Source of the DNA: Oceanicaulis sp. BBD 1991-10
Lineage (GTDB): Bacteria; Pseudomonadota; Alphaproteobacteria; Caulobacterales; Maricaulaceae
Direction of reading: 5' to 3'
Assembly (NCBI GenBank): GCA_001657295.1
Contig: LYSW01000004.1
Location: 3,414-67,413, forward strand
DNA length: 64,000 bases
The translations under genes and the position numbers were made by a program. The notes beneath the pieces were generated by a model, which saw only the letters and a program-made list of their open reading frames with translations, was not told where the DNA came from and searched no databases. Positions 18,817 to 29,876 of the stretch are shown piece after piece. Each line of letters begins with the position of its first letter. Within the stretch, counting starts at the first letter, position 1.

Positions 18817-20427
18817 CTACTCCGCCGCCGCGCTGAAGCACAGATGCGTTGACGGCGTGTATTCATGGGAGCCGCCGATCCAGCCTTCGATGCGCGGATG
18901 CACGATCCAATAGCGCTCAAGGTGGAAGAGCGGCGAGATGGCGAAATCATCCAGCGCGATCTGCTCGGCCTGTTGAAACAGGGCGGCGCGGGCGGCCGGG
19001 TCCTGTTCGTCCTGTGCGGCGACGAGCAGCGCTTCAACGTCATTATTGCTCCAGCCGGAGAAATTGCCCGCCGCTCTGTCGGCGATGACGTCGAGCATGT
19101 AGGACACGTCGCGAACCGAGGCGACCCAGCCTCCAAGCGCGGCGTCGAACTCGCCCGCGCGCAGATTTTGGTAGTGCACCGCAGCTTCGGTGCTGAAAAT
19201 CTCGACATCCATCCACTCGGCCAGCTCATTCCAGTCACTTTGCAGCGCCGGCGCGAAGCGATCGCCATTTCCCCCTGACGGATAGGCGAATTCGAAGCTG
19301 AGCGGATTATCCGGCCCGAAACCCGCTTCGGAGAGCAGGTCCAACGCACGCGCGCGACGGGCGTCGAGCGGCTGGTCCGCCCAATTCACCTCACCGGTGG
19401 GGTAAGGGTCGGCCAGAAGCTCCGGGACCAGGCGGTCGGCCACAAGCAGGCCGGTCGGGATCACCTCTGTGAAAGCGAATTCCCGATCCAGCGCGATGCC
19501 GAGCGCTTCGCGGACCCGGCGGTCGCCGAACGGCGCTCTTTGCGTGTTGACGGTGAAGTAAAACGTGTTTGGAGGCTGAACCTTGCGCACATGGCCCGGC
19601 AGGTCTTCGCGCACCCGCTCGACCATGGAGGCGGGGACCGAGGCGGCGATGTCCAACTCGCCCGCCCGCGCCCGCCGGGCGGCGGTTTCCGGCGCGTTGA
19701 TCGGGAAATTGAACACCTCGTCAAAGCAGACATTCCCGGCGTCGTAAAAAAGCGGATTGCGCCGCAGCACGGTCTGCGCGCCCACCGTGCGCTCCACCAG
19801 CGTATAGGCGCCGTTGACGACGATGTTTTCCGGCTGAACCCAGGCGTCGCCATGCACCTCGATGACATGGCCGGGCAATACGGCGCCGCGTCCGTCCGCC
19901 AGCAATTGCGGCAGGAAGGGCATGGGATGGACCAGACGAATCTCGACCGTGCGGTCATCCAGCGCCGAGACGCCGAGCGTTTCCGGCGCCGCCTCGCCGT
20001 TCAAGATCGCTTCTGCGTTCACCACGGGGCCGAACACTTCCACATAGGCGGCGGCCGTGGCCGGATCGACGGCGCGGCGGAAGCTATAGACCACGTCCTG
20101 CGCCGTGATGGCCCGGCCATCCGACCAGACCGCATCCCGCATGGTGAAGGTCCATGTCAGCCCGTCTTCGGACTGCGTGAAGCTGTCCGCCAACGCCAGC
20201 TGCGGCTGCCCATCCGGCCCGCGCCGCATCAAGCCGACGAATAAATCGCCCGTCACCGTCTGGACCCAGGCGCCGCCCGCCTTATGCGGATCGACCGCGT
20301 CGATCTCCGGGCCGTCATTGCGGAACAACACGCCGGATTCGAGCCGTTCGATCTGGCCGGCGTCGCGGCTTTCACCGCACGCGGTCAGCACCAGCACGGC
20401 GGCCAGCGCGGTGAGACGTAGTTTCAT
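18817..20427 (-). CDS. ABC transporter substrate-binding lipoprotein, family 5 (peptide/nickel/opine type), orphan
   Basis: Lipoprotein signal MKLRLTALAAVLVLTACG. Length (536 aa) and overall pattern fit SBP family 5. No permease or ATPase genes are adjacent. Confidence 0.75.
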   Translation of the reverse strand: MKLRLTALAAVLVLTACGESRDAGQIERLESGVLFRNDGPEIDAVDPHKAGGAWVQTVTGDLFVGLMRRGPDGQPQLALADSFTQSEDGLTWTFTMRDAVWSDGRAITAQDVVYSFRRAVDPATAAAYVEVFGPVVNAEAILNGEAAPETLGVSALDDRTVEIRLVHPMPFLPQLLADGRGAVLPGHVIEVHGDAWVQPENIVVNGAYTLVERTVGAQTVLRRNPLFYDAGNVCFDEVFNFPINAPETAARRARAGELDIAASVPASMVERVREDLPGHVRKVQPPNTFYFTVNTQRAPFGDRRVREALGIALDREFAFTEVIPTGLLVADRLVPELLADPYPTGEVNWADQPLDARRARALDLLSEAGFGPDNPLSFEFAYPSGGNGDRFAPALQSDWNELAEWMDVEIFSTEAAVHYQNLRAGEFDAALGGWVASVRDVSYMLDVIADRAAGNFSGWSNNDVEALLVAAQDEQDPAARAALFQQAEQIALDDFAISPLFHLERYWIVHPRIEGWIGGSHEYTPSTHLCFSAAAE

Positions 20428-20444
20428 GTTAGCTCCTAAGGGGC

Positions 20445-21851
20445 CTAGCTTGCGGTCGCTCGCAGCGTCTGGAGAACATATTGGCCCTGACGGTTCAGGC
20501 TGAACAGGACAGGACTTCCATCCGCGCCGGCCGTTTCAGCCAGCCCGCGCGCCTGATCGAGGTCCTCCACATCGGTCCAGGCGATTTCTTCGACGACATC
20601 GCCGACGCGGACCTTGCCGGCCGCATCGCTGTCGGGATCGATCTCGGTGACCACCAGGCCGTCCGCGTCCGGATGCACGCGGTAGCGGCGCCGGAGCGCG
20701 TCGGTCAGCGGCTCGAGCGTCAGCCCGAACAAGGCCGCGTCCGGCGCGGCCGCGAGCCCCTCGCCTTCCGGTCCCGTCGCCCCGACCGGCCGTTGCGGTG
20801 CGCCGCTTTCCTCCAGACGCTCGATAGTCACTTCCAGCGTGACCGCCTGGCCGCGGCGAAACACCTCGACCTCCACCGTCGAGCCGGGTTCGGTCTCCGC
20901 CACGATGCGCGGCAGCGCGCGATCATCGGCGACCGGGCGGCCCGCGAAGGCAAGGACGACGTCACCGATGGCGAGCTGAGAGTCCGCCGCCGGACCGTCC
21001 GGATTGATGCGGGTCACCACCGCTCCGCGGGCATTGGCGAGCCCCATGGCCTCGGCCATGTCGGCCGTGACCGGCTGCACGTTGACGCCCAGCCAGCCGC
21101 GCCGGGTCTCCCCGAATTCAATCAGCTGATCAACGACCGGCTGAGCCACGGCGCTGGGAATCGAAAAGGAGATGCCGACGCTCGCGCCGGTGGGCGAAAA
21201 AATCGCCGTGTTCACCCCGATCACCTCGCCCGCCATATTGAATAACGGACCGCCGGAATTGCCCGTGTTGATGGCGACATCGGTTTGCAGATAATCGTCA
21301 TACCGCCCGCCGATATCGCGCCCCAGCGCACTGATGACGCCGGCCGTCAGCGACCCGCCGAGGCCGAACGGATTGCCGATCGCGACCACCCACTCGCCGA
21401 CCCGCGACGCATCGCTGTCGCCAAAGCTCACAAAAGGCAGCGCCTGACCGGCCTCGACGCGCAAGACCGCCAGATCCGTCGCCGGGTCCCGGCCGATGAT
21501 CTGCGCCGGGAGCACGCGGCCATCCTGCAGGACGACCTCCACTTCGTCGGCCTCGTCGATGACGTGATCGTTGGTGACCACCAGCCCGGCCGCGTCGATT
21601 ATGAAACCTGATCCGAGCGAGCGTTCCACGCGCGGACCGTCGCCCAGCATGTCGTTGAAGCGCTCCAGCGGCGAGCCAGGCGGAAAGACCGGAATCCCGT
21701 CCTCATCGCCAATCCGGTTCGCGGTCGCGATATTGACCACCGCCGGGCTCAGGCGTTCATTCAGCTCGACGAAGTCCTGGCGCGGTTGAGCGAGCGCGGG
21801 CGCCGACAGGGCGGCGGCAAAAACAACTAGCGCGGCGGCGATCGCTCGCAT
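20445..21851 (-). CDS. Do/DegP-family periplasmic serine endoprotease with PDZ domains
   Basis: His/Asp/Ser contexts TNDHV, DLAVLRV and GNSGGPL. The ATG at 21851 is preceded by GGAG and gives the signal peptide MRAIAAALVVFAAALSAPALA. The longer ORF extension is Arg-rich and unlikely to be real. Confidence 0.88.
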   Translation of the reverse strand: MRAIAAALVVFAAALSAPALAQPRQDFVELNERLSPAVVNIATANRIGDEDGIPVFPPGSPLERFNDMLGDGPRVERSLGSGFIIDAAGLVVTNDHVIDEADEVEVVLQDGRVLPAQIIGRDPATDLAVLRVEAGQALPFVSFGDSDASRVGEWVVAIGNPFGLGGSLTAGVISALGRDIGGRYDDYLQTDVAINTGNSGGPLFNMAGEVIGVNTAIFSPTGASVGISFSIPSAVAQPVVDQLIEFGETRRGWLGVNVQPVTADMAEAMGLANARGAVVTRINPDGPAADSQLAIGDVVLAFAGRPVADDRALPRIVAETEPGSTVEVEVFRRGQAVTLEVTIERLEESGAPQRPVGATGPEGEGLAAAPDAALFGLTLEPLTDALRRRYRVHPDADGLVVTEIDPDSDAAGKVRVGDVVEEIAWTDVEDLDQARGLAETAGADGSPVLFSLNRQGQYVLQTLRATAS

Positions 21852-22036
21852 GGGCGGCTCCAGATTCCAGGCGGACACCGGCTCAATATGGAACAATCCG
21901 CCGCGTGCGGCCATGCCGCGCCTGCGTTCTGCGCGTTCACGAATGGAAGAGTTTAAATCCCGGCTGGCGAGCCGGCCCCGGCCGGCCGCTCCGTCAGGCG
22001 ATGGCGCACAGCGACGTTGATCGCTAAAGCTTGCCC

Positions 22037-23800
22037 ATGGGCCGCCTGATTTCACTCCTGTTGGACAACACGCCTCGCGCGCTCCTGCGCGGCTGGGCGG
22101 CGCCGGCCGTCGCCGCCGCACTTGCAGCCGCCGCGGCGACCGCCCCTGTTCTGGCCCGCCAATCGCTGGAGATCGACGGCCAGCTGGCGGCGCCGGTTGA
22201 GCAATCGCTTCTTGAATTGGCGCGCGGCGCCGGCTCCGAAAATGACGGCGGATCAATCGCGGCGACCCGCCGCCAATTGCTCGTCTTGCTTCGCTCGGAA
22301 GGCTATTACGGCGCCGTGGTGCGCGAGCGATGGCGTGAGAATGAGATCATCTACGACGTCTCGCCTGGCCTGCGTTTCGGCATCGGCGACCTTGAGGTTG
22401 AAACGGAGCCAGACCAACCCGCCGCCCGCGCCCTTGCGCTGACCGCCGCGCAGCTGGAGCCTGGCGCGCCCTTGCGCGCCCGGGCCGTCATCGCCGGAGA
22501 GGCGCGCGCGCTGGCCGCGCTTCAGGAAAACGGCTGGCCGGACGCGGTCATTCTCGAGCGCCAGGTGACGGTCGACCACAGCTCGGCGCAAGGGGCTGTG
22601 ACGCTGAAATTTCAAACCGGCGCCTTCTCCCGCTATGGCGAGATTCAGGTCGGCGCCGCGGACTGGCGCGCGGAGTTCATCCGGCGCCTGGCGCCCACGC
22701 CGCCCGGCGAGCCGGTTCAGCTCAGCGCCCTGCGCCATTACCAGTCCCGTCTCACCGCGCTCGACGGCGTCGCCCGCGCCTCGGTTCGGCTCGCCGAGGC
22801 GGAGGCGCCCTTAGAGCAGCGCGACCTTCTGGTGGACATCACGCCGTCCGCGCGCAACGTGCTGGAAGCGGGATTCAGCGTCTCGACCAGCGAAGGCGGC
22901 GGCGTGGACGGCGCGTGGACCCGGCGGAATGTCTTCGGCGGTGATGAATCGGTGACGCTGAACGCGCAGCTGTCGACCCTTGAACAATCCATCGGAGGCG
23001 CGCTTTCCGCGCCGCATTGGCGCAAGCTTGACCAGACGCTCACCCTGCTCGCGGCTGCGCGCAACGAAGAAACCGATGCATTTGATCAGCAGGAGATCGA
23101 AGCTGAAATCGACGTCACCCGGCGTCTGAGCCCGGCCTGGAGCGGCGGCGTCCAGCTCGGCCTTGATGTCTCGCGTGTTCGCACGAATGGTCAGCAGGAA
23201 GACACGGTCACGACATCCGCCGGCGTGTCCGCAGTATATGACAATCGCGACAGCGTCATTGAACCGACGCGCGGCGCCCGGGCGGTGTTTCAGGTTTCGC
23301 CGGCGATCACGGTCGGCGACATTCAGTCGGGCTATGTGATCAGCGAAGCCAGCCTGCAATCCTACCGACGGCTTGGCGGCCGATTGATCGCGGCGGGACG
23401 GGTTCGTCTCGGCGGGTTGATCGGCGCCGGCGTGGACTCGGTGCCCGCCGATGCGCGCTTTTATGCCGGTGGCGGCGGATCGGTGCGCGGTTTCGAATTT
23501 CAGTCGCTGGGTCCGGCCACCGCGGACGGGCGCCCGTCCGGCGGCCGATCGGTGATCGAAGCCAGCGCTGAGCTGCGATGGCGAGGCGAAGGACGCTGGG
23601 GCGCGGCGCTGTTTGCAGACGCCGGCGTCGCCTCGCCGGACGCCACGCCGGATCTTGCAGACATGCGCGTCGGTGTCGGCGCCGGGCTCCGCTATCATTT
23701 TGACTTCGCGCCCTTGCGTCTGGATATCGCCGCGCCGCTGGACCGGCGCAGCGACGAAGCCTCGCTTCATGTCTATCTCGGATTGGGACAGGCGTTCTGA
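22037..23800 (+). CDS. tamA: translocation and assembly module outer-membrane component TamA (Omp85 family)
   Basis: POTRA-like N-terminal part and an Omp85 barrel ending ...YLGLGQAF. It lies immediately upstream of tamB. The ATG at 22037 is preferred over the TTG at 22031. Confidence 0.8.
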   Translation: MGRLISLLLDNTPRALLRGWAAPAVAAALAAAAATAPVLARQSLEIDGQLAAPVEQSLLELARGAGSENDGGSIAATRRQLLVLLRSEGYYGAVVRERWRENEIIYDVSPGLRFGIGDLEVETEPDQPAARALALTAAQLEPGAPLRARAVIAGEARALAALQENGWPDAVILERQVTVDHSSAQGAVTLKFQTGAFSRYGEIQVGAADWRAEFIRRLAPTPPGEPVQLSALRHYQSRLTALDGVARASVRLAEAEAPLEQRDLLVDITPSARNVLEAGFSVSTSEGGGVDGAWTRRNVFGGDESVTLNAQLSTLEQSIGGALSAPHWRKLDQTLTLLAAARNEETDAFDQQEIEAEIDVTRRLSPAWSGGVQLGLDVSRVRTNGQQEDTVTTSAGVSAVYDNRDSVIEPTRGARAVFQVSPAITVGDIQSGYVISEASLQSYRRLGGRLIAAGRVRLGGLIGAGVDSVPADARFYAGGGGSVRGFEFQSLGPATADGRPSGGRSVIEASAELRWRGEGRWGAALFADAGVASPDATPDLADMRVGVGAGLRYHFDFAPLRLDIAAPLDRRSDEASLHVYLGLGQAF

Positions 23801-26800
23801 TGGCGCAAAATCTCTTCGCCGATCGCCGTTGGGTCCGCACCGGCCTGGCCATCCTGCTGGTCCTCGCGGCCGCTATGACGGTGTTCGCCTTCGCGATGAC
23901 CGGCCCGCTTGGCCGCGCCCTGTTCGCCGCGTCCGTCAATGGCCGCGATGTGGGCGGCTATGGCGTCCTGACAGTCGAGAGCGTGGGCGGAAACATCCTG
24001 TCCGGATTTTCCATCGGATCCGCCCAGATCGAGGATCAAGACGGGGTATGGCTGGTCTTGACGGAGGCCCGGGTCGAGTGGCGCGCCGGTTCGGTTCTGG
24101 GCGAACGGATCGAGGTGTCCGCGATCGAGATTGAAGCCATCGACATACTTCGTCGCCCGGTCAGACACGGCGCGGTGGAGGAAGGCGGCGGTCCGGTCCC
24201 GGCGATCGAGATCGGGCGGCTCGCCCTGGGCCGGCTCGCCCTGGCGGACGGGGTGGCGGGCCCCGCCGCCCGCTTTTCCGTCAGCGGCCATCTCGAAAGC
24301 GGCGCGGGCGGCGCGCTGTCCATGGACGTCAACGCCGAGCGCACGGACGCGCTGGGAGAGCGGGCCCGGATCGCGCTCAGCCGGTCTACCGAGGGCCCTG
24401 TCGCCGGAACGATTTCGATCGCCGCGCCGCCCGGCGGACCTTTGTCGGAGCTCCTAAGCCTCGGTGACGCAGGATGGACGCTGGAGGGGGAGCTGGCGGG
24501 AAGCCTGACCGCCGGCGACGGCGAATACCGGTTTATGATCGCCGATGAGGACGCCTCCGCAGGCGTCCTGAACTGGGCGGACGGCGCCTGGAGCCTGCAG
24601 GGCGCGCTGAATCTGGATCGGTGGCCCGAGCTTCCGCCGGTCGCTGCGCGCCTGGCCGCTGACGCCGAGTTTGCGAGCCGGGGACGTCTTGCGCCCTTTA
24701 CGATCGATGACGTCGAGCTCCAATCAACAGGGCTGAGCCTGCAGGCGGCCGACCTGCTGACCGAACGCTGGCGCGCCGAAATCGCGCTGACCGGGCCTGC
24801 GGCGCCGCTGACGCGCGAATTTGGTTTGACCCTGGACGGCGCGCGCGCCCGGATCGCCCGCAGCGGCGATCGGCGAAGTCCCGCCTACATGGTGCAATTC
24901 GAAATGCAGGGCGCCTCTCACGACCTCGTCGGCCTGGAGACGGTCAGCGCCATGATCGATGTCCAAGCCACGGAGACCGGCCACACGCTTCGCGTCAGCG
25001 GCCGGGCTGAGGGCGCATCGGCCGCCAATCCGGACCTGGCGCGATTGCTGGGCGACACCGCGGAGTTCAGCGCGGTGCTCAATCATGACGACGGCGGCGA
25101 ACGCCTCTCGCTTCAGGAGGCGCGCCTGACCGGCGATGGCTGGCATGCAGAGGGCGCCGGCCTGTGGCGCGCCGATCTGGGTTCGCTCTCCGGACAGGCC
25201 CGATTGGACATTGCAGCGATCGAAGCCTTGAATCTGGGGATTATGGGCCCGCTATCGCTGGGCGTGTCGACGCGCGACGAAGGATCGGGCTGGGACCGGC
25301 TTGCGCTGACCGTCGAGAGCGAAGGCCTGACGGGCGCAGACGGTGCCGGGCCGCTGCTCGGCCGCCTGACCGGAGCGGCCCACCTGGACATCACAGCCGA
25401 AGGCGTCGCCCTGCCGCAGGTGCAGGTCCAGACCGACGCCCTGGCGCTGCAGGCGCAAGCCGTGCAGAGGCGGGCCGATCAGGGCTGGCGGGCAAGCGGC
25501 GACGTATTGCTGGACATGGGGGCATTGCCGGTCGACGGCCTTGAAGGACAGGCCGCCGGCGCGTTCGAGCTCGACTGGGGCGAAGAGACGCTGGCGCTCC
25601 GCGCCCAGCTGGAGGCCGAAGAGATCGCCTCGGGCGGCGTCCTGCTCCGCCAGCCGCGGCTGCGCATCGAAACCGACCTTTTCCAAAGCGTCTTCAACGG
25701 AAACTGGCGTTTCGACTCTATGCTCGACGAAGCCCCGATCATCGCCGAAGGCGATTTCAGCCTGGACGGGGACCAGGCGCGCGTCGATCTGGCGGGCGCC
25801 CGTTGGCGTACGGTGCGCGCCGCCGGCTTTGCCGGGCTGCAAGGCGACCAGCTGCGGGCGGACCTGACCGCTGCGGACTCAGGCGATGGCGCCGCCTGGG
25901 CTCTCAACATGCAGTATCGCGGCGTCCTCGATGCGCCGGAGGCCGGCGAATTGACCGGCATGCTCGAGGCGGCGGGCCAGACCTTCGCGAATGGCGAGTT
26001 GTCTGAAGGCCGCCTGGAGGTGAACGGTCCCCTCTCTGATCTCGCCGTGCGCGCCAGTGGGCAAGGGCGGATGATGGGGCCTTTCTCGATCACCTCTCAG
26101 GCGCGTTTGAGCCTGGACGCGGACAGCGCCCGGCTCGCCGTCGAGATGGCGGGGGACTGGGCCGGGCGCGCGATTGAGACGGTCCAGCCCGTGTCCGTGC
26201 GCGCCTCCGAAGGCCGGATCGACGCCGACGCGCAGCTCCGGCTTGGCGAGGCGGAAATCAGCCTTCAGGCCGCGCGCTCAGAGTCCACGCGGCTGGCGTT
26301 GACGGTCACAGACGCGCCGGCGCAGCTGTTGACGGAGCCGGCCGGACTGCCCGCCGCTCTCGGCGACTGGGCGCTGTTTGCAGATCTGGAGCAGGCCGAC
26401 GGCGCCTGGCGCGGCGAGATTGTCGCGGAGACGCACGACGTCCGTCCTGTGGGGCGCGCCGGCGGCGAGGCCTTGAACGGCATGGGCCGCCTGATCCTGG
26501 AGGACGCCGCCCGCCTGACCATAGACGCCGTCGCCGGCGGGCTTGAAATCGACGCGGATCTGACGCGGCCGGAACGTATTGGCCGCTTGGGCGCTCTGCT
26601 CGATCCGGTTTGGCTCGGCCGCATTGAGATCGCCGGGCCGCTGGATGCGCTGGCGAGCCTTTATCTGCCGGAGGGCGAAGGGCTGACCGGCGAGATTGCA
26701 GGTCATGCGAATTTTGAAACGGCCGGCGTCTCCGGCGAGCTTCAGATCCAGAACGGCGCCTATGCCTCACGAACCGCGGGCGTTCGCCTCAGCCCGCTTT

Positions 26801-27855
26801 TCCTCAACGCGGAGCTCAGCGGCGAGACCCTGCATATTCGCGAGGCGCGGCTCGGCGATGGTGCGAACGGCGAGGCGACGGCAAGCGGCGAGATCGATTT
26901 CACCCCGGACGGCATGACCGGACAAGGTGAGGTCCGCTTTGACCGGTTCAATGCGGTCTCACGGCCTGAACTCTTCGTACAGGCCACAGGATATGCGGAC
27001 CTGACCCTGAGCGGCCGCCGCCTGCGCGTGACCGGCGAGACGGACCTGGAGCGCCTGTCCTTAACGCCGATCGAGACGTCCGGCCCCGACATCGCGCAAA
27101 TGGAGGTGGAGGAGATTAATCGGCCCGATACGCTCGACCCGCCCTATCGCCGGCCGATCCTGATCGAGCTGGACTATGGGATTCGCGCCGATGACAGTCT
27201 TTTCGTCTCCAGCCGCACATTCAATTCGGAATGGTCCGCGGATGTCAGGGTCGAAGGGCCGCTGAACCGTCTGCGTCTGAACGGCGAGGCCGGATTGAGA
27301 CGCGGCCAGGCGACCTTGTTGACGCGCATTTTTGAAATGAGCGAGGGCCGCATCGGTTTTTCAGGTCCGATCGAGGCGACCCGCATCCTGCTGACAGGCC
27401 GTCACCGGCGCGGCGGCCTTGAGGTGACGGCTCGCGCCGAAGGACCGATCACCCAGCCCCATATCAGCTTCACCAGCGTGCCGAGCCTGCCCGAGGACGA
27501 AGTGCTGGCGCGGCTGCTTTTCGATCAGGACACGGCGGCGCTCAGCCCGCTGCAATCGGCTCAGCTCGCCGCCCAGCTCTCGGGCCGCAACTGGCTTGGG
27601 GCGTTGAGCGATGCAGGCCGCCGAATTGGAGTCGACCGGCTGGACATTCGGGAGGGCGAAGACGGCGCGCTTTCCCTGGCCGGCGGCCGGCGGATTGGAG
27701 AGACGGTCTTTGTCGAGCTGGAGACCGGAACCGCCGCCGCCCTTGGCGCCGCGCGGATCGAGTGGATGATCACCCCCGACATCGTCGTGCTCTCGCGCAT
27801 GACCGGAGACACAGACGCCGAACTCGCCATCCGCTGGCGGCGGGAATTCGATTAG
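23800..27855 (+). CDS. tamB: translocation and assembly module inner-membrane component TamB (DUF490)
   Basis: 1351 aa. The start overlaps the tamA stop (TGATG). It has an N-terminal signal-anchor, a long beta-rich body and a conserved C-terminal DUF490-like region. Confidence 0.8.
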   Translation: MAQNLFADRRWVRTGLAILLVLAAAMTVFAFAMTGPLGRALFAASVNGRDVGGYGVLTVESVGGNILSGFSIGSAQIEDQDGVWLVLTEARVEWRAGSVLGERIEVSAIEIEAIDILRRPVRHGAVEEGGGPVPAIEIGRLALGRLALADGVAGPAARFSVSGHLESGAGGALSMDVNAERTDALGERARIALSRSTEGPVAGTISIAAPPGGPLSELLSLGDAGWTLEGELAGSLTAGDGEYRFMIADEDASAGVLNWADGAWSLQGALNLDRWPELPPVAARLAADAEFASRGRLAPFTIDDVELQSTGLSLQAADLLTERWRAEIALTGPAAPLTREFGLTLDGARARIARSGDRRSPAYMVQFEMQGASHDLVGLETVSAMIDVQATETGHTLRVSGRAEGASAANPDLARLLGDTAEFSAVLNHDDGGERLSLQEARLTGDGWHAEGAGLWRADLGSLSGQARLDIAAIEALNLGIMGPLSLGVSTRDEGSGWDRLALTVESEGLTGADGAGPLLGRLTGAAHLDITAEGVALPQVQVQTDALALQAQAVQRRADQGWRASGDVLLDMGALPVDGLEGQAAGAFELDWGEETLALRAQLEAEEIASGGVLLRQPRLRIETDLFQSVFNGNWRFDSMLDEAPIIAEGDFSLDGDQARVDLAGARWRTVRAAGFAGLQGDQLRADLTAADSGDGAAWALNMQYRGVLDAPEAGELTGMLEAAGQTFANGELSEGRLEVNGPLSDLAVRASGQGRMMGPFSITSQARLSLDADSARLAVEMAGDWAGRAIETVQPVSVRASEGRIDADAQLRLGEAEISLQAARSESTRLALTVTDAPAQLLTEPAGLPAALGDWALFADLEQADGAWRGEIVAETHDVRPVGRAGGEALNGMGRLILEDAARLTIDAVAGGLEIDADLTRPERIGRLGALLDPVWLGRIEIAGPLDALASLYLPEGEGLTGEIAGHANFETAGVSGELQIQNGAYASRTAGVRLSPLFLNAELSGETLHIREARLGDGANGEATASGEIDFTPDGMTGQGEVRFDRFNAVSRPELFVQATGYADLTLSGRRLRVTGETDLERLSLTPIETSGPDIAQMEVEEINRPDTLDPPYRRPILIELDYGIRADDSLFVSSRTFNSEWSADVRVEGPLNRLRLNGEAGLRRGQATLLTRIFEMSEGRIGFSGPIEATRILLTGRHRRGGLEVTARAEGPITQPHISFTSVPSLPEDEVLARLLFDQDTAALSPLQSAQLAAQLSGRNWLGALSDAGRRIGVDRLDIREGEDGALSLAGGRRIGETVFVELETGTAAALGAARIEWMITPDIVVLSRMTGDTDAELAIRWRREFD

Positions 27856-27861
27856 CGCCGA

Positions 27862-29148
27862 TCAGGGCCTCACCTGACCATCGCCATGGACGCGGTATTT
27901 GAAGCTGGTGAGCTGCTCCAGGCCCACGGGACCGCGCGCGTGCAGCTTGCCTGTGGCGATGCCGATCTCAGCGCCCATGCCAAATTCGCCGCCATCGGAA
28001 AACTGGGTGGATGCGTTATGCATCACGACCGCGGAATCGATGGCGGCCAGAAACGCGCGCGCGGCCGCCGGGTCCTCGGTGAGGATCGCATCGGTATGGC
28101 CCGAGGAATGCGTCGCCACGTGGGCGAGGGCGTCCTCCAGGCCGTCGACCAGCTTCACCGACAAAACAGCGTCAAGATACTCCGTATAGAAATCCGCGTC
28201 TTCGGCGGGCGCGATCCGGCTGTCGATCGCCTGCGCGTCCGCGTCGCCGCGCACCTCGCAATCGCCCAGCGCATCCAGGGCGAGAGGTAGAAAGCGTCCG
28301 GCGATATTGCGGTCCACAACAAGGCTTTCGGTCGCCCCGCAAACGCCGGTTCGGCGCAGCTTGGCGTTGACCAGCACGGACACGGCCTTAGCGATCTCCG
28401 CGCCTTCATGGACATAGGTGTGGCAATTGCCCTCAAGGTGCAAAAGCGTGGGAACGCGCGCCTGATCGCGCACCAGCGAGACCAGCCCCTTGCCGCCGCG
28501 CGGAATGACCAGATCCACCAGGCCGACGGCCGTTAAAAGCGCAGTCACCGCATCCCGGTTCGGCGTTTCGATCATCTGGATGCAGTCAGCGGGCAGGTCC
28601 GCCGCCTTCAGGCCCTCAGCCAGGCACTCGACAATCACGCGAGTGGAATTGAGGCTTTCCGAGCCGCCGCGCAGGATCACCGTATTGCCCGACTTCAGGC
28701 ATAGCGCCCCGGCGTCCGCGCCGACATTGGGCCGGCTTTCGTAAATCATGCCGATCACGCCGAGCGGCGTCGCGACGCGTTCAATCCTCAATCCGTTCGG
28801 ACGCTGCGTTGCATGCAGCACGCGCCCCACCGGATCCGGCAGCGCCGCGATCTCCTCCAGCGCCTCGGCGATGGCCGATATGCGGTCCGGCGTCAGGATC
28901 AAACGATCGATGAAAGCCTCAGGCTTGCCCGCCGCGCGCACGCCCTCCACATCGATGGCGTTGGCGTCCAACAGGCGCGGCGCATTTACGCGCAAAGCCT
29001 TCGCCGCTGCGGCCAGCGCCGCGTTTTTCTGATCCGTCGACGCGGCGGCCAGCCGTCGTCCGGCGGCCTTGGAGCGCCGAGCAAGACCTTCCACATAGGC
29101 TTGGATGTCTTTGTCCGCGTCGGACACAAGGGGCGCAGGCGAAACCAT
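27862..29148 (-). CDS. proA: gamma-glutamyl phosphate reductase
   Basis: 428 aa aldehyde-dehydrogenase fold with the ProA-typical IYESRPNV and catalytic-Cys context ([16 protein letters not shown]). Confidence 0.9.
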   Translation of the reverse strand: MVSPAPLVSDADKDIQAYVEGLARRSKAAGRRLAAASTDQKNAALAAAAKALRVNAPRLLDANAIDVEGVRAAGKPEAFIDRLILTPDRISAIAEALEEIAALPDPVGRVLHATQRPNGLRIERVATPLGVIGMIYESRPNVGADAGALCLKSGNTVILRGGSESLNSTRVIVECLAEGLKAADLPADCIQMIETPNRDAVTALLTAVGLVDLVIPRGGKGLVSLVRDQARVPTLLHLEGNCHTYVHEGAEIAKAVSVLVNAKLRRTGVCGATESLVVDRNIAGRFLPLALDALGDCEVRGDADAQAIDSRIAPAEDADFYTEYLDAVLSVKLVDGLEDALAHVATHSSGHTDAILTEDPAAARAFLAAIDSAVVMHNASTQFSDGGEFGMGAEIGIATGKLHARGPVGLEQLTSFKYRVHGDGQVRP

Positions 29149-29264
29149 GGCCCTTTGTTACCATTAAAACGCGCCAAGCAAACAGCAGGTCCGACCGCCG
29201 CCTTAACGCCCTGGACCATCCACGTCCCGATCGCCGGCACACCGAACGCGCCGCTCCGAACGCC

Positions 29265-29636
29265 TCACCCGGTCATGCAGAAGGCGTTGAGCTTGTTGCC
29301 GTCCAGATCACGGAAATAAGCCGCGTAGAAGCCGCCTCCGCGCGGGCCCGGAGCGCCTTCATCGGCGCCGCCGGCCTCGATCGCGGCGTTGTAAAGGGCG
29401 TCCACATGCTCCGGGTCGCGCGCCTGCAGCGCAATCATGACGCCATTGCCGACCGTGGCCGGCTCGCCATTGAAAGGCTTGGTCAATCCGATGCCGGCCG
29501 GACCGTCCATCTTGCCCCACGCGATGAAGCTCTCCTCCTCCATCATGCGCGGCGTATCCATCAGCGCCGCCAGCTTGTCGTAAAACGCGGCCCCGCGCTC
29601 CAAATCATTCGTTCCGATCGTGACATAGCCAATCAT
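29265..29636 (-). CDS. VOC (glyoxalase fold) family protein
   Basis: 123 aa beginning [22 protein letters not shown]. The ATG is preceded by GGGAGGA. Confidence 0.75.
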   Translation of the reverse strand: MIGYVTIGTNDLERGAAFYDKLAALMDTPRMMEEESFIAWGKMDGPAGIGLTKPFNGEPATVGNGVMIALQARDPEHVDALYNAAIEAGGADEGAPGPRGGGFYAAYFRDLDGNKLNAFCMTG

Positions 29637-29653
29637 GGCGTCCTCCCACTCCC

Positions 29654-29702
29654 TGTTGATATTCGCGATGTTGATATTCGCGGTTATGTTCTACTTATGT
29701 TC
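29654..29702. repeat. short tandem direct repeats in the AT-rich divergent promoter region
   Basis: TGTTGATATTCGCGA (29654-29668) and TGTTGATATTCGCGG (29669-29683) are adjacent and match at 14/15 positions. They are followed by TTATGTTC (29684-29691), TAC, and TTATGTTC (29695-29702). Confidence 0.6.
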
Positions 29703-29876
29703 CGGCTTGATCATGCCCTTATCCAACCCCGGTCCGCAAGTGGAAATCCGCCGTCGACCTGCAGTTGCTTCGCTCAAACGCGCCGCGAATTGTCCACGGC
29801 CTTCTGGACGCCGCGGCTGTCGCGAATCGGATTGACGGGTAAGCTCTCCAGCCGAATGGTTAGACGGGAGCCCGCC

